64,000 nucleotides of DNA, taken from contig NW_004797626.1 in NCBI RefSeq assembly GCF_000002075.1, forward strand, positions 35,974 to 99,973. Reading direction: 5' to 3'. Shown here piece after piece: positions 38,728 to 53,400 of this stretch. The DNA comes from Aplysia californica (Eukaryota). The position numbers and the translations under genes are program-made. Position 1 is the first letter of the stretch. Every line of letters starts with the position of its first letter. Below the pieces are notes generated by a model. The model did not search any database, had not been told where the DNA came from, and was given only the letters and a program-made list of their open reading frames with translations.

Positions 38728-39631
38728 NNNNNNNNNNNNNNNNNNNNNNNNNNNNNNNNNNNNNNNNNNNNNNNNNNNNNNNNNNNNNNNNNNNNNNNNN
38801 NNNNNNNNNNNNNNNNNNNNNNNNNNNNNNNNNNNNNNNNNNNNNNNNNNNNNNNNNNNNNNNNNNNNNNNNNNNNNNNNNNNNNNNNNNNNNNNNNNNN
38901 NNNNNNNNNNNNNNNNNNNNNNNNNNNNNNNNNNNNNNNNNNNNNNNNNNNNNNNNNNNNNNNNNNNNNNNNNNNNNNNNNNNNNNNNNNNNNNNNNNNN
39001 NNNNNNNNNNNNNNNNNNNNNNNNNNNNNNNNNNNNNNNNNNNNNNNNNNNNNNNNNNNNNNNNNNNNNNNNNNNNNNNNNNNNNNNNNNNNNNNNNNNN
39101 NNNNNNNNNNNNNNNNNNNNNNNNNNNNNNNNNNNNNNNNNNNNNNNNNNNNNNNNNNNNNNNNNNNNNNNNNNNNNNNNNNNNNNNNNNNNNNNNNNNN
39201 NNNNNNNNNNNNNNNNNNNNNNNNNNNNNNNNNNNNNNNNNNNNNNNNNNNNNNNNNNNNNNNNNNNNNNNNNNNNNNNNNNNNNNNNNNNNNNNNNNNN
39301 NNNNNNNNNNNNNNNNNNNNNNNNNNNNNNNNNNNNNNNNNNNNNNNNNNNNNNNNNNNNNNNNNNNNNNNNNNNNNNNNNNNNNNNNNNNNNNNNNNNN
39401 NNNNNNNNNNNNNNNNNNNNNNNNNNNNNNNNNNNNNNNNNNNNNNNNNNNNNNNNNNNNNNNNNNNNNNNNNNNNNNNNNNNNNNNNNNNNNNNNNNNN
39501 NNNNNNNNNNNNNNNNNNNNNNNNNNNNNNNNNNNNNNNNNNNNNNNNNNNNNNNNNNNNNNNNNNNNNNNNNNNNNNNNNNNNNNNNNNNNNNNNNNNN
39601 NNNNNNNNNNNNNNNNNNNNNNNNNNNNNNN

Positions 39632-39691
<60 letters not shown>

Positions 39692-42503
39692 CAGATTTCT
39701 GTGAATGAGTCATACCTTCTCCAGCAGCCTCACAAGACTGACCCACAACTTGAGCCTTCAGAGAGGCAAGATCTTCAAAGGTTGGAGCGTAGAATACCAG
39801 ATCAGGGTTAGATGCGATGGCCTTGAGTTCATTTGAATCCACTTGGTTTCCAATGCCAATGCTGATGATTTCCACGCCCAAAGATTTAAGAATCAGAGCC
39901 TGGCGTACAGTTTCGTCAGCTGTTGATGTTCACAGATACAGAAGTACGATAAGTTACAACAAGAGTGTGAAAAGAAGTGTGGATGGGCTCAACACTATAA
40001 GGTTATTTAAATTAAGAGGTGGGAACTCCGAAAGGGTTAAGCCTAATGGGCTGAGAACCTTGAAACTTCCACGAAACGACCTGAGTTCGAGACTGCTTCG
40101 ATTAAGATCCGATCTGGGAAAATAAAGCTCCGTAATCGAGCACAACATCAACATCAACTGAGCTAATAAAGTGCCAGATGCCAAGAGAAAAGTATGGAAT
40201 AATTAATGTTTCATTCAGTTAGTATTCGTTTTTGTCCAAACAGCTGATACGATTGCAAAACGTTGTACTTACAAAATTAAAACTTGAAATCTGTACATGA
40301 AAACTTTTAGTTCAAACAATAAAGTAAGGTCATAAGATAATTTCGGATGATTCTAGAATGATCGTACCTCAAATTAATGTTCTCCAGGAAATGGATAAGA
40401 AGTACAGAGTTTCTTTTCATGACCTTTGAGTGCATGAAGCAATATGTGGGCAATATTCAGTTCAATGTTTCAATCCTTCTACATGGAGCTCATAATTTTG
40501 AGATCTTGTAATATTTGTTGAATGCTCACTGTGGATGAAATGGTGAACTGAAACACATTTCCCCCCTTAATATAGTAATTTGGCAAGTCCTTTTCTTGAA
40601 CAATTCGTCGCATTTAACCAGAGACTTGAATTATATTCTAGACGAGTACTGTCATGGCCGCCAGTTTTTGTTCTCTGTTTAAACTTTGCAGTGCTGAACA
40701 CTTGTGGGCACCATGGGTGTGCAAATGGAGGGCAAAACGTCATTCTCGCTTTAGTAGAGTGTGCGTGGCACCTTACACCGTTGCACTTCGTATGGTCCCA
40801 AATAGAGCTAAATGGTACATTCCATGGTGAAGAGGAATTCACTACCTCAGAATTTTAAATTCTATCTGCTAAGTGCCTGGTTTTGAGAAATTTGACGTCA
40901 AAGATTTAGAGTTTCACATCCTGTCCAGCTTATTCGAATACAGTTTTTTTAATATCTTGATAACAACTCCAAATACTCTTACGATTTTTGATAGAGCTGA
41001 TAAAACATTGGGTATCTGACCTCATGGTCTTAGTAAATCAAAACAGCCAAAAATGTCAGATAGAACTTTATAATTCTGAAGTAGCGAATTATGTCATCCA
41101 AACGCACAGTCATGGATATTATTATAATATAAGTCATTCTGTGTATTAATTGATTCTACTCACATTCAGTAGATCTTCCGTCAGTAAGAACAATGACGAC
41201 CTTAGAAGCTCCTTTCCTTGCACCGCAGGCAGCGCTAAACGTTTCAGAGCGGATGTACCTAATAGCGTCTCCAGTCATTGTCACACCGTGAGAGTAATGG
41301 GTGTTCTCGATAGCCTGTGACACGAAACAAATTTTAGTTTAATTTGAGTTAATGATTTATGGCACTTGCAACAAAGATAACCCAGATGAGTACCAAAGAT
41401 TAGATATCAGAGAGTTGCACACCAAGAAAAGAAGGACGATAGGAGTTTGATAGGAAAGAAGGAGCCAACCACAATAGAGCACCCACCAACTACACATGCA
41501 AAATCAACATGTAGCACTCAACGTAGAAGTTTGGATTCAAATGAAGCGCCACATAAACAGAACAAAAAAGACAGAAAGCACAAAGTAAAAAGACAGAAAA
41601 TACAGAGTGAAAAGACCAAAAGCAGAGAGTATAAAGACAGAAAATAAAGAGTTGGGAAGACAGAAAACACTGAGTAAAAAGAGACAGAAAGCACAGCTAG
41701 AGTAAAAAAAGACAGAAACATAGAGTAAAGAAAACAGAAAGCACAGAGTAAAGAAAGCACAGAGTAAAAAAAGACAGAAACATAGAGTAAAGAAAACAGA
41801 AAGCACAGAATAAAAAAAGACAGAAACAAAGAGTAAAGAAAACAGAAAGCACAGAATAAAAAAAGACAGAAAGCGGAAAGCAATAAGACGGGAACAAAAG
41901 GTACCATAGCAAATCAATCAGCATAGGATACGTTTCTGCTGTCAGCCCTGTTTTAGACAAGTATGAGCGTGCGGTTATTGTTTATCTATACAGCATTATA
42001 GTTCTTTTCATTACATACCCGGGCGATGGCCTCGTTAGAACTGTACTGATCGAGGCAGAACAAGTTGTTGACCTCTGAGGCAAACGTGAGAGCGGAAATC
42101 TGAGCGGCATCGGGACCCACAGGGAAGTAGCCTGCGTTGGGAAAGGGGACGAGTGAGTCAAACAATAAAACCTCTTGAAACTGGACTCAGAGCAACATTA
42201 ATATCAAGGCAATGTTAAACGTTAAACCCTATAGCGATTTTGTATTAAATTGAAAGTACATGCTCAAAATGTGGTAAACCGTTCTTAGTCAAAATTTGTT
42301 CCACTGGAAATATCAGAAGCCAGAGATCATCTTAATACTTATTTCTTCTATTTCTGTCAGAGAAATAATATTTTTCTATGCAAAATAGTATTCGTCAGAC
42401 ATTGACAGATAAAATGTTATTATTATCATTGTTATCATTATGATCATTATTACTAATACTACTTCTGCTGCTGCTGGTCCTGCTGCTTCTAGTCAGAAAG
42501 GCC

Positions 42504-42581
<78 letters not shown>

Positions 42582-45500
42582 CTATCCACTTACCGATAAT
42601 CTCCTTGACAAAAGCCAATTCTTTTTTGAAGTTATTGAGTCCAAGGCTTCCAGACGCATCAATGGCAAAAACAAGGTCCACAGCAGAGTTGCATTTGGAT
42701 ACTGTGTGTGAAGAGAAAAGTCTCTTAGAGAAGACTCTTGGCAAAATGTGGTCTACCACTGTAAGCTTAAGAAATTATATAAATAAACGGAATCTGCAAA
42801 AGCTAGAAAAATTGTTTATTTCAACGGAAACTGCTAAAGCTTCAGGTTATCTTATAAATAAACGAAATCTCATAAAGCTTGAAAAATTATATAATTTAAT
42901 GAAAATTGCTAAAGCTTAAAATATTTTAGAAATATACGGAATCAGCTAAAGCTTGAGATATTATATGAATAAACGGAAGAAGATTATGAAGCGAGCGTCA
43001 GCTATAAACATTTTACATTTGTCTAATCATTCATACGTATGATGGTAACGTATCTTGTACAGAGCAAACGAAGTGTCCAAAGACGTTAATTCTAATGTAA
43101 ATGTTGAAATGTTGGACTTACCCAGGGAGCATTCATTGCTCACAGTGTCGAAGTTAAAGCCTTCAGAACACTGACATTTTCCTTGAGTACACTTGAGGTT
43201 AGATTGACAAACTCCAAGGCAGGGCTGGTTGTAGGTGGGAACTGTGGGTAAAAAACAACAACAAAGATATTGAAGCTCTTCATGAACGTTACAAAGGCCT
43301 ATTGTTTTAGGGCACAATTTGCAGTTGGTGTGTATGTGTGTGGGTTTGTGTGTGGGGGTGTGTGGGGGGGAGGGTGTGAGTGTGAGTGTGGGGGGGGGGG
43401 GATAGAGGTAGATGTGAGTGTCAGCCGTCAGTTCTACAAACCAAAAGCAGCCCCTCATTTCCCACTACCATGCTCAAATTAGAAATACAAATTTGCATAT
43501 TTCATAGAATGCGTGTTGTTGTCTGCCTTTTTAAATTTTTGAGAAAGAAAGTAGAACGGAAAAATAAGTAGTGATAATGAAGTTATGCTTCTTTTTTAAT
43601 TAAGTACCACAAAACAGAGCGACTTCCAGTGTCGCCAAAGGGCCTGAATGGTGTCCAAATTGAGTTAAAAACTAATGTTCAACCTCACGCGTTCTGCCTA
43701 CTCACTTGGCTTGCACCTGTAAGTGCTTGGGTCGTAGTACTCGGTATTCTTGCAGAGACAAAAGGATCCGCCTTCAGGCACATTCCTGCACCAGAAGGGC
43801 CAGCTACATCTGCCGGAGCATGGCTCATCGTATCTTGGAACTGTGGAAGGGGGAAGAAATTGGAGGGTTTTAAAAAAAAAGTTTTAGTAGAGGTTCTACG
43901 GCGCTCGCAACTGCATAAGGTCATATGAGTGCCAGAAGATTAGGGGTGTTACAAAAGAGTAACAAATATAAAACAAGAAGGAGGGGAGATAAGGACGATA
44001 GATGTTTGATAGGAAAGAAGGAGCAAACCACACCAGAGAAACCGCCAACCATCCACTTGAAGTTTTTAGCTTGTCAACAAACAAAAACTATTTTACTAAC
44101 TGAAGCTGAAGTTTTTTGATTATTTACATATAGAAAAATAATATTTTTAAATCTTAAAAATTGAAGCTAAGTTTTAGTTTTAGTACATGTTTTATGGCAC
44201 TTGCAACACAAGTAGGTCATATAAGTGCGGAAAATTAGAGATGTTACTGGAGCAACATACGAAGAAAAAGAGGAGGACAGAAAACAAAGATAGCTGTTTG
44301 ATAAGAAAATAGGTGCAAACAACACCAGAACAACCGCCAGCCACCCACATTGGAGTTTCTTGCTTACCCACAAAGAAAACTAATTAAATTAAAAAAACAA
44401 AATGTAATGGACGTTTCTAGCTTATCCACCAACAAAAATATTTTAGACTACGCTGTGATTCCATCTGGGCGTAGACAATACTCACGGTATTCACAAATCT
44501 GGAGGCTTGGGTTCCAGTAGAAGCTGACTGCACAGCGACATTGCATTGTGCCCCAGAATTTTCTGCAAACCAGGTTGGAAGCGCAGGAATCTGTGCAAGA
44601 TTCCTTGAAGTCGGGAACTGTCAGATCACAAAAGTAGAGGGGTGTCATGATTATTCTACGAGGATAATATTCATCTCAGACTCATTGCAGTGTTTCTTGT
44701 TCTCAATCTTCCAGCCTACCAGTGAATTGGGAATATTGGTTAAAAATCTGCATGATATTATATATCTAGCCTAAACGTTGTTTTTGTTAACAATAATTGT
44801 TCATTTATAACACATCCGTGTGATTGAGGGTGAAAGCTGAGGCTAGGTGTGTATTTGTACAGTCTGATGTTTGTGGACTTACGCATTTCGCTACCTTAGA
44901 AGTACAAAGTTCTATTTGACTTTTTTGGGACGTTTTGAGTTACTTAGACCATGAGGTCAGAAACCAAAATTATGTTCTATCTGCTCCATCAAAATCGTCT
45001 GAATATCAAGCATTATCAAGCTACTCAAAGAATTGCCTTTGGATAAAAAGCTTGACATATAAAACTTGAAATCTTTGACGTTAAAATTCTCAAAAGCAGG
45101 CACTGAGCAGATAGAACCTTGTAACTCTAGTGTCGCGATATTTATAATAATATAATGCACGTATGTATTTACAGTTATGTCTATAACAGTGTATGTACAT
45201 GTTTGTCTATCAATGAACAAGAGAGGGGGGGCAACTGATTCTAAACTTCTTCCCCAAGGTGTCCATGGAGCAGACTTACTGTCATCACACACATCTCTGT
45301 CTGAGTCGTAGTTGAATCCCTTAGGACACAAGCACAGCAGATTGCCCTGGCTTTCTCTGCACTCGTAGTTGGAAGAACATTGGCCGTCACATTCCTCCTG
45401 GAAGCCAGGCACTATCAACANNNNNNNNNNNNNNNNNNNNNNNNNNNNNNNNNNNNNNNNNNNNNNNNNNNNNNNNNNNNNNNNNNNNNNNNNNNNNNNN

Positions 45501-48500
45501 NNNNNNNNNNNNNNNNNNNNNNNNNNNNNNNNNNNNNNNNNNNNNNNNNNNNNNNNNNNNNNNNNNNNNNNNNNNNNNNNNNAATGGTTGAGGGTTCTAG
45601 AGCCTTACGGCTAGACCACTGATGCTACATTCATGCTGTTTCCGCTTTCATTGTTTTCTTTCATTTCCACCTTTTCCTCCATCTCTCTCACCATAATAAT
45701 AAAGAAGTACCCTCGTACTCATTTTCTCTTAAATGTTGTTATTTTCAGCATAACCATTTTCATTACCATCTTCGTAGTCATCATTCTATCATTCCTGACA
45801 TAATCATAATTATCTTGCTTATCCCAATCCTATCTTCATCATCTCCACGGTTTCAATATCATCGCCACCATAAGGCTGTCACCAGCATTATCATCAAACT
45901 TTATCTCCCTGCCACAGCTCTGTAGAAAGGAAAACGGTGTGCGCCAAACATTAATTTGGTCACAGTAAAAGCATCATAAAGATGTCTTGCCCCATACTTA
46001 CAAACGGCACATGCACTGTCATCCTCGTCAAAGTACTGTCCCTCAGCGCACAGACAAATGGAGCTCTCATCCTCTTGAAGAGTGCAAATCAAGTTAGCTC
46101 TACACTGAGTGGTGCAGCTCTCCTTGTAGGTAGGCACTAGCGATAGAAGAAAACAGGGGTTCGAGGCGTTGAGGTAATATCAAAGTCACAAGGCCTCAAC
46201 ACGATCTTTGATTAAACATGGCACTATAAAATGAGCAAGGCAGACAGTAGGGGAGAGAGGGGGGGGTNNNNNNNNNNNNNNNNNNNNNNNNNNNNNNNNN
46301 NNNNNNNNNNNNNNNNNNNNNNNNNNNNNNNNNNNNNNNNNNNNNNNNNNNNNNNNNNNNNNNNNNNNNNNNNNNNNNNNNNNNNNNNNNNNNNNTAGAA
46401 TGAATGAGTTTTTATTTTTTAATAATCTCTTCTTTAAAAATGTGCTTTCTGGGCTTAGATCAATTGAACATCTTGNNNNNNNNNNNNNNNNNNNNNNNNN
46501 NNNNNNNNNNNNNNNNNNNNNNNNNNNNNNNNNNNNNNNNNNNNNNNNNNNNNNNNNNNNNNNNNNNNNNNNNNNNNNNNNNNNNNNNNNNNNNNNNNNN
46601 NNNNNNNNNNNNNNNNNNNNNNNNNNNNNNNNNNNNNNNNNNNNNNNNNNNNNNNNNNNNNNNNNNNNNNNNNNNNNNNNNNNNNNNNNNNNNNNNNNNN
46701 NNNNNNNNNNAGTCGTCGGATATTGTCTATATTAAAATAAGGGCATATTCTTGTAGCAATTTCGATGCTGAACCTACTGATTGTTTTAAATTTTTCAAAT
46801 ATCTTGGGCAGTTGTAGCGATATGCCACTTTTTGTAACACATGGCGTGAAAACAAAGTTTGGAGAAAAACACAATTCCTAGCACATTTTTAACCTGTTGA
46901 AGTACCACATGTTGTAAAAATAACTAACTGAAGGGACATTTAGTTTTAAAATATTATAGAATCCTTTTAATATTCTATTAAGAAATGGTTAAACATATTG
47001 TGTTTTCTGATGAAATTTTTGACCGGGTACGATTTCTTTGGCCTTTTCACACTGTTGCTCTAAACTTGCTTTACCAAAAACCGAGACTTTTCTCCAGGCA
47101 CACACGCACTCTCATGAGTCGCCGCTTTGTTAGTGACACTATAGACGTGTTCTTTTTGTACTCACCTGGCATACATTTGTCTTGGTCTTCGTCATAGTAG
47201 TTAAATTCAGGACAACCACATTTTGTCGCTTCGTCCAGCAACATACATTCGAAGTTAGAGGAACATTCTTCCCGGCAGAACTGGTTGTATCCAGGCACTG
47301 AAAGGCAAGAACGGGAGAAACGTTAGAGTACAGGGAGCAAAGAGGCGTTGTCATAACACGAACAGACGGTTTATGTTAAGAGATGATAGACTAACTGCTT
47401 ACCCAGCATGAAAAGAAGGGTTAGGTAAAGAGAAAGTAACTGTGAACCAACGGTGAACAGAATTGTTATGTAAAGAGAAAGTAACTGTGAACCAACGGTG
47501 AACAGAATTGTTATGTAAAGAGAAAATAACTGCGAACCTAACATGTATAGAAGGGTAAAGTAAAGGGAAATAAACTGTGAACCAACAATTAGTAGAAGGG
47601 TTATGTTAAGAAAAATCTATAAACCCAACATGAATAGTTTAAAAGGGTTATTCAAAAAGAAAGTAACCATGAACCTACAAATAGATCAAGTACACTGGTC
47701 TTCGAAGGTATGCTATTTGTTAGCCTTCTGTTTTCTTTGTTCGCCACTCCATTTACATTCTGTAAAACTGTAAACTAACATAAAAAAAGAAAAGTAAGCT
47801 ATTTGTTTATATGAGAAAAAAATATATCCTAAATTTGAAATTCAAAAGTAGAGTCAACAATTTAAGCTCACATAACCTTACGCAGTTGCTAGCGCAGTAA
47901 AACACTTACTATTTTTTTTTAATGTATATATTTATTATTTTTAAAATCCAATTTGGAATCTTTTCCCCAGCTTACCAACTTGAGCTGCATCACAAGTGGA
48001 GGTGAGCACCTTCTCCTTGATGGCAGATAGAACATCAAAGGAGTTGACCATAAACACTCGCTCTGGGCTGGAAGCGATGGCATTCAGTTCCTTCGGGCTG
48101 AGCTGTGAGCCGATACCAACGGCGAGAACCTCGACGCCAGAGGCTTGAAGTTCACGAGCTTCGGTGATGGTTGATTCAGCTGCAATAGGAAAAAGATTAA
48201 TTGTTTTTGGGTTTTTGTTTTTTTTTAAGTTTAGTCTTCCACTGCTCAATGAGTCTTTATCCAATTCGGGTTGAAATCTTTGGTATAAACCAAGTTCAGC
48301 CCCCCTGAGCCATTGGGCTTGACACCCCTGACGATTACCACAGACATAACTTTAAGCAAATATGACAAACATATTTCGACACAAATACATCAGATATAAT
48401 ACAATACAAATACAACGGACATAACCCTTTACACATACTACAGGCATAATGCTAAACAAATACATCAGGCTCAGCTATGTACGCATACCTCAGACATAAT

Positions 48501-50010
48501 GTTATAATATACTTGTACATACCACCGACATAACTCTAAACAAATACAGCAAACATACCACACACATAACCCTATACAAATACCACAGGCGTAACGCTAT
48601 ACACACACCAACAACATAACTCTATACAAATATCACAGACATCACTATATAAAAATATTGTTGACATAACTATATTAGTATACAAATACCACAGACATAA
48701 CTCTACACAAATACAGCAAATAGATAACTATACAAATACAGCAAGCATAACTCCACACAAAGACTGTTAGAATCTACTAGAAAGTCTTACGCAGGGTAGA
48801 GTTTCCGTCGGTGATGACAATCGCCACTCGGTTCACGTCCTCTCTAGCGCCAGCGGCCGCGGAGAAAGAAGTCTCTCTGGCGTATTCCAGGGCGTCAGCG
48901 GTCATGGTGATGCCTCCAGTGTACTTGATTGCGCGAATGGCCTAATAGGGGGAAGGAAGGGGGGGGGTTAAAGGACCTCTATTAGACCTATAATTCTTTA
49001 CACACTTGTAAGGCACATTGACAACTTACCTCTTGGTAATGCGCTCTGCTCTATCAAATGTGATAGCGTGGTGGAATCAGGCTTTCGTCAATTTTTGGGC
49101 ATGTAGAGTTATTGGTATCATCTTAAAGCTTGTTCACTTGTCTTTATTTGGATGAAAAAAAAATAGCCATTTGCCTTGAATACAAGTCATGATTTTTGCG
49201 AAAGAACGAGGTGGTGGTCACCTGTTTTCAGAGGTAAAATTAGTAAGGAAATGGCCGCCAAAGGTTAGTTATTTCCTTAGCTTAAGAGTCCGTGGTAACT
49301 GAAAATTTACATTTCTTGTGCCTTTAATCAACATTTTTCAGAAAAATCCACACAGAAACGAGTTCTTTAATGGGCATGAAAGATGTTGAGCCAAAAAATA
49401 AAAATTTGATAAAAATTCACAAACCTGCAGAAAAATGCAAGTTTCTTCACCTTGATTATTTTGACGAGAGCCTGATTCCACCACGCTGCCTCACAAATAT
49501 ATAAATGTAATCGACGTGATTTATTATCATTATAAAGAGGGATATATAATATTGTAGCGGGAAATCTCTATCAACCAAAATGCAGGTCCTTTAGGAATCT
49601 GGCTGTATTGATCTGGCTGATTCGAGCTCTACAGGATACATCGCAGTAGACACTAAATTTTCTGTCAAATAATTGTCTTTTCCACGTAGGAACTGAACTT
49701 AAGCCTTCAGAAAATAAAAGCAGAATATTCAACTGTTACATCACAGACACTAGTCTAGAACTGAGAAAAACCGTCCTGATCCAATNNNNNNNNNNNNNNN
49801 NNNNNNNNNNNNNNNNNNNNNNNNNNNNNNNNNNNNNNNNNNNNNNNNNNNNNNNNNNNNNNNNNNNNNNNNNNNNNNNNNNNNNNNNNNNNNNNNNNNN
49901 NNNNNNNNNNNNNNNNNNNNNNNNNNNNNNNNNNNNNNNNNNNNNNNNNNNNNNNNNNNNNNNNNNNNNNNNNNNNNNNNNNNCCCTGTCCCTCTCTCTC
50001 TCCCCCCCCC

Positions 50011-50077
<67 letters not shown>

Positions 50078-50404
50078 TTTCCCGTCTAGCTTCCCTTTCC
50101 TTCTCCCCTTTTCTTTAGACTTGCAGGTAGCAGACAAATGAAGTGCACAAAGCAGCAGACGTACAAAGAAGACTACAAGAACTCACCCACAACGAGAAAA
50201 GTGCTCCTGCATTTCAGAAAAAAAAATCTCCTAAAACAAATCAGCATCACCTACCTCAAGAACTTGAGCGTTGTTGGAGTACTTGTTGAAATCGAACTGG
50301 GCATCAACATCAGTGGAAAATCTAAGGGCACTGATGCGAGCATCCCCAATCTTAAATGAGTCTGTAAAATTATGAAATAAGACAAATTATTTTATCTAAT
50401 CCTT

Positions 50405-50436
<32 letters not shown>

Positions 50437-53400
50437 AAGACAGGTTAGGTAATTTAAAAATGAGCTTTCCAAGTTAATATCCTTGTTCATCAGGAAAAGA
50501 TTAGAGGAATATTAATCACCTGAGGCTCTGACGCAGGTTGTGAAAAGACTTAAATTGGCATGTCTTAGAGTTTTTATAATCTATCAAGTTGTGTGCTTGT
50601 AAAAATTAAAATCTAAAAACGAAGCGATCCAAACACTTACAAGTCTTAAACCTACTCCCTACTTTCCCGCAACAAGTTTAATTTGAAATATTATGTAAAT
50701 GTTAACTTTTACAGCATCAAAAAATAGGTTTCAAGCTACAAGTCGTGTGTATTACGCACCCACATTTTCAGAGAAGAAGAAAGATTTAATATATTATTAT
50801 GAGAACACAGTGTGTACACTAGAGACAAGCAGATATTTAGGATAATAAATAAAAACAAGGGGGAAAACCAAAAACGCAGTCAATAGATGTGCCCACCTCT
50901 AAGAACTAATCGTCTGTTATATACCCATTGTTGTATGTTTTCCTTAGTCTCAGAATACATGGAATTAATAATATTTTCATCTCTGCCTTGGGTGAGGGGG
51001 GGGGGGGGGGGGTTGTTTCCCAACCACAAACAACAATCACACTGCCACTTCTACCTTTGGTGAAAATGGTGCAATTATATGGACGTAATGCGCAGTGAAC
51101 ACAATTAGGTTATTTAAGAGGCGGGACCTCAGAGTTTAATTTCCATCTCCAAAGGGACCGTGCCAAGTGGGAAATTCGTGTAAACTGCCTTTCACAAGGA
51201 CACAAAGTCTAACTGAGGTAAGGTGAGGCTTGAACCCCCGAACCCCCAATCTCATGATAACGAGTCTGGTAGCCTAGCGACGCCCCCCTACCTTTGGGAG
51301 CTGCAATCAATATAATGGATAAATGGAGATCTTTTGCTATCAATTTGCTTTAAAACTCACTCCTAAAGAACACACTGTAGAAAAACAGACGTCAACAAAA
51401 AAAGAATAAAAGCAATCATAAACGAAAATACTCAAATCTGATATAATGTCAGTTCACTAGATAAGGAATAAAATTTGGCTGTAAAGTGTGAAAATTAGAT
51501 TACACAATTAAATATTGAAGAACTTTTTTCGACTAGATAAGAATCTCTGAATTAAGTAGAAAAGTAACAACTACAAAAAACAGCATTATCTTACTTGAAA
51601 GGTCAGCAACAAAGTTCAATTCATTCTGGAAGTTTTGAGGTCCAAGACTGCCAGAGCCATCAATAATGAAGAGTAGATCCACTTTGGATTCACATACATT
51701 CTCTGCAAAAAGAACGGGGAAAATGTATTTTAAGTGAGGCCCATGACACAGCGTGATAAGAAAAAAGATTGGTGCGTAAATAATGAAAATCAGAGACAGG
51801 CTAATAGTCTACCACTGAAAACACAGTTATATATTAACGAGGTATTTTCAACAAGGTACAAATCCCTGGATTAAGGAGGGAAATTAATGTAGTNNNNNNN
51901 NNNNNNNNNNNNNNNNNNNNNNNNNNNNNNNNNNNNNNNNNNNNNNNNNNNNNNNNNNNNNNNNNNNNNNNNNNNNNNNNNNNNNNNNNNNNNNNNNNNN
52001 NNNNNNNNNNNNNNNNNNNNNNNNNNNNNNNNNNNNNNNNNNNNNNNNNNNNNNNNNNNNNNNNNNNNNNNNNNNNNNNNNNNNNNNNNNNNNNNNNNNN
52101 NNNNNNNNNNNNNNNNNNNNNNNNNNNNNNNNNNNNNNNNNNNNNNNNNNNNNNNNNNNNNNNNNNNNNNNNNNNGCGGACGCACAAAGGCATGAATATA
52201 ATTACCGAGAGCACAGATTTCAGCAGCAGCGTCATAGTGGAACCCATCCCTGCACACACACTTCTTACTGTTGCTCCGACCTTTGCAGATCAAGTTAGAA
52301 CTGCAAGCTCCATTGCAACGTTCATCGTACCCGGGCACTGGGGAAGCACAAAGCGTTCCGATGACCCAAATGAACTTCTTTTTACTTTCACCAGAGAGCC
52401 AGATGGGTGGAACAAATTGCATCAAAATACCCCCCCCCCCCACACACACACACACTCAAAGATAGATAAATAACCCCCCCCCCCCCCCAAAAAAAAACCC
52501 TCAGAAATTCATTAGTTAATTGATTGATTAATCAACAAATAAGTAAATAAATACATTTTAAAACNNNNNNNNNNNNNNNNNNNNNNNNNNNNNNNNNNNN
52601 NNNNNNNNNNNNNNNNNNNNNNNNNNNNNNNNNNNNNNNNNNNNNNNNNNNNNNNNNNNNNNNNNNNNNNNNNNNNNNNNNNNNNNNNNNNNNNNNNNNN
52701 NNNNNNNAAATTTTACAGGCGTACAAAAGAAGAACAATCTACTGGCACTGTCTTCCATCTACCCGCAAGTACTAACAGCTGTTAAAACTAGATTTTCGTG
52801 TGGTTTATCTTTTTTTTTGAGGGGGGAGGGGGGGGTAGAATAGACGACAGAAGCTACAGAAAAAATACTAATGAATTAATGAATCAAACGTTGACAAATA
52901 GACCAAAGCATTGTTATTCATATTCTCTTTTTGATCCATTTTAAAGTTGAAAAATCATTGTGCCTACTCACCCACATTTTCAAAGTCTATAATTGTCTCA
53001 TACAGATAAGATCACTAAACATGGCAACCGAAAAAGGGACACGGGACAAAAAAAAAATAGAATTCTCTTACATGGGGTAAACAAAAGTTCTCATGGACTN
53101 NNNNNNNNNNNNNNNNNNNNNNNNNNNNNNNNNNNNNNNNNNNNNNNNNNNNNNNNNNNNNNNNNNNNNNNNNNNNNNNNNNNNNNNNNNNNNNNNNNNN
53201 NNNNNNNNNNNNNNNNNNNNNNNNNNNNNNNNNNNNNNNNNNNNNNNNNNNNNNNNNNNNNNNNNNNNNNNNNNNNCAAAACAAGCTAAAATGAAACTGC
53301 AAAGGCACTCACATTCTTCACATCTGGAGCGCATGGGGTTGAAGAAGTAACCTTTGTGGCAGACGCAGTGGAATTCACCATTGGTTTCAGTACATTCCAG

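Noticed and set aside
38492-39704. Poly-His, poly-Ser, poly-Ile and poly-Met ORFs (also at 42395-42711 and 57292-57531)
   Set aside because: Translations of intronic (GAT)n/(CAT)n repeats lying beyond splice sites.
41518-41960. Hydrophobic F/L/C-rich ORFs resembling membrane proteins
   Set aside because: Reverse translations of a purine-rich minisatellite that are open in several frames.
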